DNA from: Eledone cirrhosa
Taxonomy: Eukaryota
DNA: 64,000 nt
Assembly: GCA_964016885.1 (NCBI GenBank)
Contig: OZ024747.1
Span: 35,340,001-35,404,000 of the forward strand
Direction: 5' to 3'
Below the pieces are notes generated by a model. That model saw only the letters and a list, made by a program, of their open reading frames with translations. It was not told the origin of the DNA and ran no database searches. A program made the translations under genes and the position numbers. Shown here in pieces: positions 1 to 12,940 of the stretch. The number at the start of each line of letters is the position of its first letter. Positions within the stretch are counted from its first letter, which is position 1.

Positions 1-2130
1 AATAATTAACATATTTAAAACAGGGCGGCTCATCGGAACTTCAAATTAATATGAATTAAAATAATGGGATAATGTTACATAATATAGTGTTCCATATATT
101 GGTTTTTACTATGGTGTCTTGGTTGCATCAGTTATCAGCCATAATCAAGCAGTATTCATCTGTCGAGGCTGCATTGTGTGAGATCTGCCTATGGGTAACA
201 AGATGGCTGCCAGAGGGCATATCTACCTTACTAATTAGAGGGTGGTTTCAGGGGAAGTAACTCCTCGAGAGATTAGAAATTGTGGGTAATTTATAGTTAA
301 ATGCTAATTTTTTAATTTTTTAATTGAGAGACAATATAGAGGAGGAAACTTATAATTATCTAAGTTAGTTATAGCTATTTAACTTATTAGTTACAAGTAG
401 AAATGGGGCTAGATGACTATGTTGGGTCAAATATTCTATTGGCGAAGGAATTAGCCCTTCAATGTTGACAGCTAATAGTTACCTACGTTCTATCGTTAAT
501 CGGCAGAGGTCGTGATAGAGTTATATAATATGCTTCGGTAATACAGAGATCACAAGATTTTCTTCGTCCATTGAACGGTTAGGCCCTAGCTACGTTATCC
601 CCTTTTAGTGAGTGTTCAATGTTGCTTAATTTAAGGTTTTTAATGAGCCTAGCTAGAGATGTCTAACATCTGTTGCTAGGGTCTCGGAAGGAAAAAGAGT
701 GCGCGTTATAGCGTACCTTAAAAGGGTTAGAGGTAGACCCGATATAAGAGCTGGTATTCGAAGCAGTTTTAACCGTGCACCTATAGACTATGTTGGGTGT
801 CAGGCAGTGTCCATTTAATGGGCAGCATTAGAGTAACGGCAGTTGTAGTTGCTTCTCTGGGTTAGTGAGAGTAGGGTAGTTTAACCTAAGCGGTTGGTCA
901 GTGCTAGAAGGATTATATGGGGGAGTTGTGCTACTAGAGTAATTATTGGTGTAGTGGCGTGGTGTATTTGATAGGGGTGCTGGTACCGCGATGTGGGAGT
1001 TATACTGTCTTAGTTTATGTTGGTTTCTGAATGCAATGTGGCTAGCTAGGTTAGGTGTTGTGGAGAATGAGATGTTAATGTTATTTTTATTAAAGAGTTT
1101 GTAATATCTATGGTTGAGGGGAAATGTTTAGATAGGATAGAGAAGAAGCGTTTAGGGATATTAGTGGCTAGATTAGATGAGAATGGGGCTTAAGCCAGGT
1201 GATATTTCTAGGTCTACTCCTTCTAGGGGTTCTAGTGCAGTTGGTAGGGGCCTTCATAGGATTATTATTACCTGGGGATTTTGTTATTTGTCATCCCATT
1301 TCTCATTCCTATTCTAGAGTTGATTTTTAGTTTGCTACTTGGAGTGGGGAGCAGGCCGCTGCCACCATTAATCTTCCCTGTATAGGTGCTGTTACTGCTA
1401 AAATCCCGGCGAATCTGGGTATAAGCTAAGGTATTTCAAGTTCTATCTAGTGTTAAGTTTATTATGGTGAATTGCTGTGTTATGGCATTTAGGTATGTAG
1501 TAAATGGATTGTTCATAACCAGATTCAGAAAGAGTCTTATTATAATATTGTGCATGGTTTATAAATATCTCCTCATTTGCTGATAACATGGAGATCCTAT
1601 ACGAGATAGATTTGATTACTGCTCTGATGACTGCCGTTGGGTGGTTAGAGTGTGGGCTAATATATGTGAGTATTTCACCTGGTTTATGGTAAGAGTAATA
1701 TAGGTTATTGTTGAGATCCAGGGTGACGTCTAGGAAGTTTACTACCTTATGGTTCGGCTCGATAGTGATAGAGAATCTATGTAATTGTTTTTTTTAGCAA
1801 ATAAATGCCCCGATTAGTGCAATTGTGGACTGCAAATAGGGCGTCGTTACTGTATATTCCGCATTGCAAGGGTTGGATTTCTGGTCTGATGTTATGTAAT
1901 AGGTAAATTCCAACTAAATCGGTGATTTGCGCAGAGTCACTTGAGCCCATCGTGATGTCAAAGTTATCTGTTCTATCTTTTCTATCCTGAGTGCTCTGTT
2001 GAATTCAATGATGGTCTTCCTAGCCATAATTATGATGTTAATCTCATTATTGGTTATGTCCGAGTTGGTGCTGGCTAGGGTTAATGCTTTGTTGAGCAGT
2101 TCCGGGGTTATTGAAGCGTAATAGCTGCGC
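1..2130 (-). mobile_element. Degenerate Penelope-like retroelement (RT core/thumb remnant, linker, possible start of GIY-YIG region)
   Basis: Manual minus-strand translation of ~1600-1970 gives NFDITMGSSDSAQITDLVG, GIYSNDA (decayed YRDD-type), KVVNFLDVTLDLNNNLYYSYHKP and LTYISPHSNHP, typical PLE RT motifs. Many stops; runs off the window start. Confidence 0.8.
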
Positions 2131-2291
2131 GCCTAACTGCTGCATGAACCCAGCCACCTAGCTGCTTTCTACTGCATATTGCACATTGAGCACATACCTT
2201 TACGCTTTGGCTTCTAACTAATTCACCAATCTCTCCTCTCCTATTTCCTTTCCTATCTCCATGTCTCTCTTTAAGATTGGTTTCTCTTGAA

Positions 2292-2335
<44 letters not shown>

Positions 2336-2338
<3 letters not shown>

Positions 2339-2533
2339 AAATTGTTCAAAACCCCGACGGCAGAGCTCAACCCGTTTTGACCGCTATTTCAGGACTCAGA
2401 GTCCAGAAATTGCCGTCGAAACGGTTTGATCTCTGCCGTCGGGGTCTTGAACAATTTCCTATTACCCACTCTACTACTCTAAGTAGTGAGCACTGCGTTT
2501 TGGTACACCTGGTTCCTCACCACACTTCCTTCG

Positions 2534-2535
<2 letters not shown>
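2336..2535 (+). mobile_element. Short fold-back PLE terminal-repeat fragment in (TA)n with the 3' half of a hammerhead
   Basis: Inverted arms ~2336-2395 / 2402-2462, then a unique tail to 2535; (TA)n on both sides. Contains GAAA-CGGT-ttgatctct-GCCG-TC. Homologous copy at 54288-54466 (-). Confidence 0.65.
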
Positions 2536-2586
<51 letters not shown>

Positions 2587-2589
<3 letters not shown>

Positions 2590-2870
2590 GAAATATTAAT
2601 AAATGAAGACGTTTACATAATCAAAATATATGTTTTATTATATATATTTCGGAGCTACTGTGCTGTTTTTTCAGTACTGATGAGGACGTACTGAAAAAAA
2701 CAGGACAGTACCTCCGAAATATATATGATAAAACATGTATTTTGATTATGTGAACGTCTTCATTTATTAATATTGCGAATAATATTAACAACTCCAGAAA
2801 ACCTTGCTCTAGAGTGCTTTTAATCTATTGTAAAACTATATTCATATGAACCATATTAATCTTCGGTTAT
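2587..2870 (+). mobile_element. Fold-back PLE terminal-repeat fragment with a hammerhead core
   Basis: Inverted arms ~2587-2677 / 2688-2781, then a tail. CTGATGA(2677)-GGAcGTACTG...CAGTACcTCC-GAAA(2716)-TATATAT; the 5' strand of stem I is lost at the inversion. Confidence 0.7.
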
Positions 2871-5399
2871 ATATATATAGCTCCAATTAGTTGAGCGCTC
2901 TATGATGTAACCGATATAGTGGAGAAGAGAGAACCGAGCCACCAGCTACACCCGGTAGTTCCCGCTACCATGGGGATGGAAATCCCTGATACTGGACGGA
3001 CATAAAACTAACTTTAGGCAGGATAAATACGCGGAAACAAAAACAACCATAAACCCCTATTTTCATGCACCAAATTGCATTTGAACAGAAGCCCCCTCAA
3101 GTCAATCTATATATGGAAAAATTGACAATCATATTAATCATGTATCTCCTATCTCATTTTGCATATATGTACTGTATGTATTTTTTGTATTTATTGGATA
3201 TTTTTTGTGTATGTTTTTTTTGTGAATTTTATATGTTTTTTTTTGGGGGGGGGGGTTTCCATGTGATGGAAATTCTAACTATGTACCCGCCTAACTACTA
3301 CCTTTCATACTGTAATTTACCCTCCATTCTACAGTACGGTACTATCGCCCAGTATGTAGATAATATATCTGTAACATTAATACCCCTTTCAACACATCTT
3401 ACTTAAACATCTCCCTACGTAGTAGATAGTATAGGTGCACATATTTTTTTTACTCACCTCAATCTATACTTTTACTCACTTCAATCTAGACTCTCACTTG
3501 AACATTTTTTTAATTTTTAAATTTTAATTTTTGATTTCTGATTTTCGATGTTTAATGTTTAGTTTTAATTTCCAACTCTCATTCATAATTTCCACTGTGA
3601 AACCATAATACCTAGAATTAAGTATATTTTCTCTTAGAGGTTGACGGTCAATTATACTGACCATGCTTAATGTGGGGTAGTATTGAGACTTATTGATAAT
3701 CATACCCTCCCACACCCTCTAGCTTTCGGCTGACTGCCACTGACGGGGTGGCTAGCAGTAAGCTATATATTACAGGCCTGAATAGGTCATTGTTTGGTTG
3801 AGAGGGGCAACTGCCTAGGCGAAATTCGTTGAACTCTGCGGTAGTAATGGTCAACTTCCTTCGGACCTGCGCCTGCGTAGATCGGTGGGGGTGAATTGGT
3901 ACTCACAAGGGAACGGACGAAGAACCCAAGAGCACACACTTCGTCCGTTCCCATCTCGATTCAATTTGGATTGAATCGGAAACATAATCTTATTTTGTAA
4001 CAAGCTGTTAGACGATGTAGCGGCACTGGCGCACGCAACAGTGTTGCCACTGTCGCCATTGAAATATATATCACAGCATTATTATTAAAGGACTTGAACA
4101 TCGGAAACTATTTCGCTTTTCCTTATTATATATATATATATATTTCCAGTATGTCCGTATAAGCCTTCTCCTTAGTTCTATATGAATTTAAGAGACTATA
4201 TTTATGACTGAATTTCCTATTCAAATAATTTAGTTCCTTCCGTTGATTGTATTGTTATGGATATTCTACACGTTCAGTAGCTTAGGTTAACCCGTATAAA
4301 CACGTATTAGAATGGAGGTTGTGTTTCAGAAGTTTTTAATCTTAATCCTGTGTCTACTTTTAAGTTTGTATTATCATTGTAGGCTTAACAATGTCCATAG
4401 AAACATATTTACACGTTTCATTTTAAATATCTCCAAATATATATTACAAATAGGTTGCTTTTAAAACATTATAAAGAGAAAGGCTTTGGGTGAATATACT
4501 AAGACATATGTTATCACGGATTGCTTTAAATCAGAGTAATATAAAGCCTTTGTTGAATACGCTGCGTTTAATCCTAATTCAGCTTATAATGCAAACAATT
4601 AGAAATATCAACATTATCGGCATTTTATTCTCCTTCCCCTACTTCTCCCTCTTCTTCACCACTACTTCACCCTCTTCCTTCTCATCAACATCAGCAGCAT
4701 CATTGCACCCAGCAAAAACATCACCGTTACTATTCCAAACGAGCTTTCATCGTGATTATCCTTGTTACAATCACAATGTCCCGGTTTCTATCCCATTGCA
4801 GTAATAGAACGTCTTCAGCATTTTGTCATTAAAAGAAGTGCTGTATGTATAGAAACCAGGCTCGCTGTCTTTAATTCGGTGTTTTATCTACGTTTACCTA
4901 CTGTCATGAATCGTGGTGTTGTCTTCATCTACAACTCTTTCTCACTTCCATTCTCTCATTTTCTATTCTCCTCTGGAGTAAATATGCTGTATTCAGACCT
5001 GGAGAGGGATGGGTTGCTCCAGATTTAAAAATTGCTCTAACAACGCCGCATGTAAATACGGTGCCCCAACCACTCACTCATCAATTACGGGATCGTGCAC
5101 GTATGGTATTTGAAACTGTCTCGCGATGACTGAACATGTAGAAATTAGTGTAGCAATCCTCTGACTGCAATATACTGATTTTCTTTAGCGGAACTTGTTG
5201 AATCTTTTATCAATATTGACACTTACATGGATTTGCGCCTTATGTTTCTGTTACTGCATTATTTATCGAACTGTCTAGCTGTGAAAGTATGACCAAATGT
5301 ACAATGAAGGAATAAACTTGATTTCATGTATATATTTGATGATACTCAGTTTATAGAAATTTGTGTTTTGTGTGTTTTATCACTTGGTCTCTACTGGCA

Positions 5400-6245
5400 T
5401 TGCCTGTTGTGCGGAACATCTATTCAAAACTCTTCTCTAAAGAAGAGTAATAAGTACTGAACAATTTTATTAGCAATGTTGTTTGCAGAATATTTAAAGC
5501 CAAGCTGCAACACATTCAACATGAACTAGAACAAATATGGAAATCAGATCTATGTAACCGTGATATTGTATTGATTCACCAAGAGAAAAAGAACAGGAAA
5601 AGAGTAACAGAGAAATGTAAATATGACATACATCTGAACATACATAATTCTGAAACGTATCAGTGTGTAACTTTGTTGACTGAATATTTACATAGCCACT
5701 GTCCACAAACATTGGTGTTTGACGTGATCTATTTTCAGAAAGGAAATAACTGATTGATTCCAATGAACTGAATGCATTATTATTAATCGTTTTATCCGTG
5801 CTAGTAGGGAAGTGGATACTAGTGAGTATTAACCTCACCAGATGCTAGATTGAAGATATCGTAAAAGCAACTCATATCATCTTGATTACAAAAATTCATA
5901 TATCAACCATTTAATTTATTCGCCCACTGCATATACACACATCTACTTGGCAGTGCACTGTCACCGTATTGTTTTAAAAGCCTCCGATGATTTCCAGCCC
6001 TTGACACATTCCGATCAGCGAAATCGGATCACTACTTTTTGGTCCCCCTTGTTAGACACTGCTAGCCGAGAATCCATGTTTACACTGCAACCTCATTGAG
6101 AAAGCTGGAGCTCACAAGCTCAAACTTCGATCACCTGACCACAATAGTATCCCATATAAGCATGCAAAGGAGAAGGCATTGTAACAAAGCTAAGGATATA
6201 TTATGGCAACAGAGCAGATATTTCTTACCCTCCTATGTTACATTC
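5400..6245 (-). pseudogene. Possible heavily decayed class A GPCR-like fragment (TM5-TM7)
   Basis: A stop-interrupted minus frame reads RFRIMYVQMYVIFTFLCYSFPVLFLLV...ANNIANKIVQYLLLFFREEF, resembling TM6 (FxxCxxP) and TM7/helix 8 (NxxxNPxxY...FR). Pattern resemblance only. Confidence 0.2.
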
Positions 6246-6279
6246 TTATATATATATATTCGAAAAACTGACATTACAT

Positions 6280-6319
<40 letters not shown>

Positions 6320-6757
6320 TATGCAAAAGTTTTATTTAAATTGTTTGGATACAACAAGCAAATATTTTTATAACTGATATAAAGCACTCGACAAATATTT
6401 GGAGTAGATATACGATATTAATAAATGGAAACTATATTTATAAAACCATATTTATTTCATTATATATATTTCCAGGATAGATACCAAGTTACATTATGGT
6501 ATGCCTTCTTCAGACAAAATACAATATATAACAGTTTTATAAATAGACATTGACGTACCCCTTTTAACTATCCTGATGGCCTCCAAAAACAACGGTCAAT
6601 TTTTAAATGGGTACGTCAATGTCTATTTATAAAACTGTTATATATTGTATTTTGTCTGATGAAGGCATACCATAATGTAACTTGGTATCCTTGAAATATA
6701 TATAATGAAATAAATATGGTTTTATAAATATAATTTCCATTTATTAATATCGTATAT
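6320..6757 (-). mobile_element. Fold-back PLE terminal-repeat fragment with hammerhead motifs in both arms
   Basis: ~150-bp inverted arms 6408-6560 / 6608-6757, unique tail 6320-6407, (TA)n flanks. Confidence 0.7.
6648..6712 (+). ncRNA. Minimal type I hammerhead ribozyme motif
   Basis: TATTTTGT-CTGATGA-stem II (AGGcATACCA...TGGTATCCTT)-GAAA-T[ATAT]A-TA^ATGAAATA; 8-bp stem I, palindromic stem III loop. Mirror copy with CTGAAGA on the minus strand at ~6453-6521. Confidence 0.8.
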
Positions 6758-6796
6758 ATATATATATATACATATATATATTATAATCATAATAAT

Positions 6797-6973
6797 AATT
6801 GTTTCTACTTTAGGCACAAGGCCAGCAATTACCCAGTGCATTACTGGTAATTTATTTTATCGAACCCGTGAGGATGAAAGGCAAAGTCAACCTCGGCGGG
6901 ATTTGAACTCAGATCGTAAAGGGACGTAACTATGCTGGAAAGCATGGCGTCCGACCCTCTACCGATACTGCCA
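6797..6973 (-). mobile_element. tRNA-derived SINE
   Basis: Reverse complement has A box TGGCAGTATCGG, B box GAGTTCAAATCC, central CTTTCATCCT...CGATAAAATAA (Nin-domain-like) and an (ATT)n tail. Multicopy in this window. Confidence 0.9.
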
Positions 6974-7193
6974 AGATAATAATAATAAATGTAACGTCAG
7001 TTTTTCGAATATTAATAAGAATATTCGTTTCGTTTGCAATTACGCAAACACCTTCTTTTTAAAAGCCATATCTGTAGAATGAGCGCCTCATTCATGCTTT
7101 TGTGTTGGCATCTAAACAGAACTGCAGACACTAATGTTTCTGGGTATTGCCCTTTATCAGTGCAGATTACTTTTCACCTGCCCTTTTTCATTC

Positions 7194-7269
<76 letters not shown>

Positions 7270-8399
7270 AGTCAACATGTGGGTGTTTGTATATGTGATT
7301 TGTGTAAATGTACGTCGGTGATTACGTTTACTGTTTATATATATAAACTCATGACCGAAAATTAAATTATATTTCAGAGTTACGTATTGTCGTCTATATG
7401 ATCAACTACATAAGCAAATGACACAGTATGACTGAAATCTAATGCCTTAAACCCCTAAAAGAATATTGGAATAAATGAATCTAAACAACAGATTGAATAA
7501 ATTTGATACAGTGTGTACAAACCATATATATAGTTTAAGTATATTGAGTAAATACCTGATAACTCACTAACTATAATTAATATCATAGTCGAAAGCCTGA
7601 TTAAAGAGCAAAATTGAAAAAAAATCTAATTAATATTATGTGGAATTAAGTTGAAATATATAATAATATAGAACTTATTTCAAATCCCATCGAAACAGAT
7701 AAAACACAACATAGAAATATTTGTTATCGTTTGTAAGATTTAGATTATATGCCTACAGTAATATATAAGAGACCGCTGAAACATTCATAGCCCGAATATT
7801 TCATAGGCGGAAATGTTCATAGGCTGAACAAGATAAACCTATTGAATGACAAAATGAGGTTTGATATGTGAAGAAATGTGTTCCTTTAAGGAAACTATGT
7901 AATTATTAATAAGATTAGTTGATAAAATGCATAACATATTTCACAGCTCTAGCATCAATGCGTCATAATTTCAGTCTAATCACGTATGTATAACTGCATC
8001 TTAATCAGAAATGGTGGATTGGCACAACCGTTATAGTATCGCGCTATTTAGATACAGCTCTATATTTTGAGAGCAAATCCTAGCGAGGTCAACTTTGATT
8101 TTCCTGCTAACAGGATCGATAAAATAAAGTGCCCTTCACTTATTATAATCGATATTTCGACTCGCCAAATTAATGGCTTGGTGCCTAAACGATTGTTATT
8201 ACCAAGAAATAACACCCGTGCATATGAACTTGCTTTAAATATAAATGTACTGTAATATCGATATATATAACCCCATCACAGGGCTTTTGTTTCCTTTTTC
8301 CAAAAAGTAAGGTGAAATATATGTAAATTATCAGATAACAAATGTGGAGTTTATGTTATTATAATGATTAGATACGGAGATGAAAAAAATCTTTTCCGT

Positions 8400-8432
<33 letters not shown>

Positions 8433-8485
8433 TATTCTACAAGACATTAGTTTCACTTTCGCAAATGAAGTGTTATTTCTAATTT

Positions 8486-8867
8486 AATTGTTTCTACTGT
8501 TGGCACAAGGCCAGCAAATACCCAGTACATTATTGGTACCTTACATTATCGACCCCGTAAGGATGAAAGGCAAAGTTAACCTCGGCGGGATTTGAAATCA
8601 GAATGGCAAGGGCCGTAACTCTATGCGTCAAAGCATGGCGTCCGACCCTCTACCGATACTGCCAATTCACCGCCATCTATAATACTTTAAATATAATTGT
8701 TTCTACTTTAGGCACAAGGCCAGCAATTACCCAGTGCGTTACTGGTACTTTATTTCATCGACCCCGTAAGGATGAAAGGCAAAGTCAACCTCGGCGGGAT
8801 TTGAACTCAGATCGTAAAGGGACGTAACTATGCTGGAAAGCATGGCGTCCGACCCTCTACCGATACT
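8486..8867 (-). mobile_element. Two tandem copies of the same SINE (8486-8674, 8695-8867)
   Basis: Same A/B boxes and body; CTATAATACTTTAAATATAAT is duplicated either side of the second copy (TSD-like). Confidence 0.9.
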
Positions 8868-8929
8868 TTACACTATAATACTTTAAATATAATGAAGGTC
8901 AGAAATACGTACTTTTTACATTAATTAAT

Positions 8930-9032
8930 TACTGAATAACAACAATGCTGGTAGCCTTCTGGTATATGCATTAGGGAATTGAATTCCCTAATGCATGTAC
9001 CAGCAGGTTACCAGCATTGTTGTTATTCAGTA
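8930..9032. repeat. ~100-bp near-perfect palindrome, probably another fold-back PLE end
   Basis: TACTGAATAACAACAATGCTGG...GGGAATT-G-AATTCCC...CCAGCATTGTTGTTATTCAGTA; a truncated CTGAAGA-AGTGACA/TGTCA motif lies downstream at 9336-9359. Confidence 0.7.
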
Positions 9033-9411
9033 GCAGTGAAAATCTCCCTCTTCCTTAATTGACACTTTATATCTATTAATACTACTACACCAAACGACCA
9101 GCCCTGTCCATTGTCCAATTGGTCATGTATAGATTAAAATAGGCACTCCTAAAATTTCTTATTTAGATAAAATAAACCATATACTCATTGTATCCTCATT
9201 AGAAACCTTTTAGATACTTGTTTACCAATAAATTGAATTGCCATATGTCATATACTATCCCCTCTCTTCTTCCTTTCTTACAACTAATATAAATACTACA
9301 ATTTTTCTATTTTTTTTCCAATTTATCCAATATCTCTGAAGAAGTGACAACTTATGTCAATACCTAATACATTCCTTTATAAAAGCGCTTTCATTTTATA
9401 TTCATCTTTTC

Positions 9412-9467
<56 letters not shown>

Positions 9468-9472
<5 letters not shown>

Positions 9473-11165
9473 GAAAAATTTGAACAGGGACAAAACAGAG
9501 AGGCAGTACAACGAATGTTTATTAATTTCACGCTCAGGAGAGTGGGGTGTTGGTGGGGGACGACGTTTCGGGCATAAGCCCTTCCTCAGGTGTGAAGTGT
9601 GTGGGAACAGAGTTCAAAGGGTGTGTAGGGGAGTGGTGGAGAGACATATAGCGAAAGGAAACGGTGCGAATGAAAAAAATAAAAATAAAAATAAAAATAA
9701 AGCATGATCAAAATACAAGGAATGAAATAAATTTAAATATAAAAGCATGATCAAAATAAACTGAAATTAAGAGGGGGGTAAAACAGGTGGTGGAAGGGTG
9801 TGAGGTGTGTAGGGGTGGTTGCGGGTGGAGTGGGGAGAGGGAGACGGGGTGTCCGAGCGGGGGGGGGGCTGAAGGTGGTGTGTGTGTGTAGGTGTACGTG
9901 TGTGTGTGTATGTGAAAGTAAGGGTTGGGGGAAGAACGGGGTTGCATGTTCAGGAAGAGGTGTATGGGGGGGGGGGGGGTAGGAGTGTCTGTGCATGTGT
10001 GGATAGAGGGGTGGGGGGAGAGGAATCAGGAGGCTGAGGGTGTAAATATGTGGTGGAAAGCACGTGTGTGTGGGGTTTAAGCGTGTTGTGGGTGTAGGTG
10101 GCGTATGGAGAAAAACATTTTGTTGGGGTGTGTGTGTGGGCGAGTTATATAGGTGATTACGTAAGAGGATGGTTGAAAAGTTGGTAAAATCCAAAGGTGT
10201 TTAGTGGATTCTGTGGTGGTCAATTTCTGCGTGCGAGTATTCCATGAAGCGATGGTCGGAAGAGGAGAGATGTGGGGTGCGCGTGCAACAGGAAGTGGTC
10301 AAGCAGTGGGATTGGTGTGTGTCTGTTTGTGCTGGGAGGTGGTCAGAAGGCATAGCAGCAGTCGGTGGAATGGTAAAGGGGCGAGGATGGGTAGGTGTGA
10401 ATGTTGGAGTGAGGAGGGTGTGTGTGTGTGTATTAGTAGAGGTGTTAGTGGGATGAATGAGTGTGGAGCGAGGGTGTGGGTGGAGCGGGGAGAGAAGGGT
10501 GTGTGTGGTTCTATGGAGGGAGTGGGCTGTACTGGTGTGTGTGTAGTTTGATGAAGGGGTGTTAGTGGATGTTAGTCACGGGAGGTGGGGAGGGGTGGAA
10601 TGCAGGTGTGAGTGGGGGTTAGTGGTGGTAGGGTGTGTAGAGTTGGTTGTGTACCAGGGTGTGTGGGTACGGGTGCGTGGGGTTGGGGGGTGTTAGTGAT
10701 GTTAGTTGTGTGTGGGGTGGGTGGTGTAAGTGGGTGCGTGTGTTCGTGTGCTTGGGGTTAGGGGGTGTTAGTGAGGTTAGTTGCGGGGTGGTGGGATGGA
10801 GGTGTGGGGGTGAGAGGTGTGGGGGTGAGGGTTAGTGGTGGTAGTAGGGTGTGTGTTTAGTGTGAGCGCGTGTATATATGTGCCGGTGGGTGTGTGCGTG
10901 TGATAAGGAGGGGGAGGAGGAGAAGAAGGGAGGGATGTTAGTATGTTAGTTGGGGAAGGGTGGTCAGATGAGGAGTGGAGTGGAGGTGTTAGTATTGTTA
11001 GTTGTGGGATAGGCGGTGAAAAGGAGGGGTGTGTTAATGGTGTTAGTGGGGGATAAGTGTGGGGGGAGGGGGCGGTCGAAGGCTAAAGGAATAAGGGTGG
11101 GGAATTCAGGCCGGGGGGAGTGTGGGTCTGTAAGATAGGAACTCCATCTAGGGAGATGCTGATCA
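9468..11165 (-). mobile_element. PLE 3' end: GIY-YIG C-terminus, long C/A-rich terminal repeat, hammerhead
   Basis: Minus strand at ~11085-11145 reads PILQTHTPPGLNSP (LxTxxPxGLN, PLE endonuclease end). The plus strand is G/T-rich over 9770-11120. Hammerhead near the 3' end; abuts (TA)n. Confidence 0.7.
9558..9594 (-). ncRNA. Minimal hammerhead motif (classic PLE type)
   Basis: CTGAGGA-A-GGGC[TTAT]GCCC-GAAA-CG-TC; stem I is weak (2 bp). Confidence 0.7.
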
Positions 11166-11259
11166 GAGGATTCTTTACGGACAGGTAACCCTCTTATTGT
11201 GTTTTTATTTTTACTTCTGCTTTATATATATTATTAATTTCATTATCTCATCACAAGTT

Positions 11260-11385
11260 CCGAAGATCTGCTCCATAATATTATTTTATGTTTCTTATCT
11301 TTCTCTGCACCAAATCAATAACGGTCTTACCATCGATTGATCCGGAAGGAAATATTATATGGAGTATTGAAACAATTGTACTGAT
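11260..11385 (+). ncRNA. Hammerhead-like motif with a CCGAAGA core and long stem II
   Basis: CCGAAGA-tcTGCTCCATAATATT...AATATTATATGGAGTAtt-GAAA-C[AATT]G-TA; stem I is degenerate. Confidence 0.5.
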
Positions 11386-11495
11386 ATTATTATCCTCTCT
11401 TCCTTATATTAAATGCACTTAATGCTTATATTCTTTGACTAATGTCTTCTATATGAGTTTGTAGTCTTGATTTGCTTAACAACTGAATATATATA

Positions 11496-11569
<74 letters not shown>

Positions 11570-11746
11570 ATTGGGTTGAGATGCAATTGGGCGATATTGG
11601 GCTGTGCTTACTAGCAACCAGCCTACCCGCCGTAAGCAACTAATCACATTATTTCTAACTTGACCACTGCCACGTCACGATTCTTAACCATTTTTTAATC
11701 TACTTTTGGCGCGATTGCTTGTAAAATTAACTCTCCAATTGAGTTT

Positions 11747-11827
11747 GTCTCCTGATGTGTCTGTTTTTCTAGGTTCATCCTTAACAGTAGGATATCTAAA
11801 AAATACGGACGAAACCATGGTAGAGAT
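11747..11827 (+). ncRNA. Type I hammerhead, copy 1 (core CTGATGT, intact GUA site)
   Basis: GTCTC-CTGATGT-GTCTGT...ACGGAC-GAAA-C[CATG]G-TA^GAGAT. Confidence 0.8.
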
Positions 11828-12404
11828 GTAATTACGGTATGTACACGTTTCTTCTAAATTTAAATTTACACCTAATTGTGTATGGTTGACGGTATATTTA
11901 GTCTGTTTCTACATGCTGTTGAATTGTTGGGTAAATACTCTATTGGGGTCACCCCGAAGAGGCCGCTTTCGGTTATTTATCAAATATTTCTTCATAGGAG
12001 CCTTTATTCTTATAGCCTGGTCTAAGTGATTTTTTATATGGTTAATTATGCTAATTCGGAGAGGAAATGGTGTATATTTTATCTAATAATTCTAAGGACA
12101 TGATTTATGATATATTGCACTGATTATTTAATTTATTAATTCTTCATTGAGCCACAACGTGACCAGTTGCCACATATATATCTGTGACTTTATGTATATG
12201 TAAATCTTTATATTTAATAATCTCCCGTTGGGTTGAGATGCAAATGGGCGATATTGGGCTGCGCTTTCTAGCAACCAGCCTACCCGCCGTAAACAACTAA
12301 TCACATTCTTTCTATCTTAACCACTGCCACGTCACCATTCTTAGGAATTTTTGAATCTACATTTGGCGCGATCGCTTTGGAAAATTAACTGTCCAACTGA
12401 GTTT

Positions 12405-12484
12405 GTCTCCTGATGAGTCTGTTACTCTAGGTTCATCCTTAACAGTGGGATATCTAAAAATACGGACGAAACCATGGTGGAGAT
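12405..12484 (+). ncRNA. Type I hammerhead, copy 2 (intact CTGATGA core, GUG site)
   Basis: GTCTC-CTGATGA-GTCTGT...ACGGAC-GAAA-C[CATG]G-TG-GAGAT. Confidence 0.8.
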
Positions 12485-12752
12485 GTAACTACGGTATGTA
12501 CACGTTTCTTCTAAGTTTAAATTTACACCTAATTGTGTATGGTTGACGGTATATTTAGTCAGTTTCTACTTGCTGTTGAAATGTTGGGTAAATACACTAT
12601 CGGGGTCACCGCGAAGAGGCCGCTTTCGGTTATTTATCAAATATTTCTTTATTCTTATAGCCTGGTCTAATTGATTTGTTATATGGTTAATTATGCTAAT
12701 TGGGAAATGGAATGGTATATATTGTATCTAATAATTCTAAAGACATGATTTA

Positions 12753-12821
<69 letters not shown>

Positions 12822-12940
12822 AGTGAGTAATATTGTAGAACAATAAAACTATGCATATATCAGATACGTAGCACTCAACAGTTGGTAGAACTGGAGTATA
12901 TATAAAGATGAAATTAAAAGATGGTTAACAAAGTTCCATA

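Larger units (their letters stand above)
11566..12757 (+). repeat. Tandem 657-nt non-coding repeat (about 1.8 units), one hammerhead per unit; retrozyme/PLE pLTR-like
   Basis: Unit 1 is 11566-12222 and unit 2 is 12223-12757; clearly homologous; (TA)n on both sides; no ORF. Confidence 0.85.

Noticed and set aside
3715-3785. Hammerhead-like hairpin plus GAAA-GC-TA on the minus strand
   Set aside because: No recognisable CUGANGA box.
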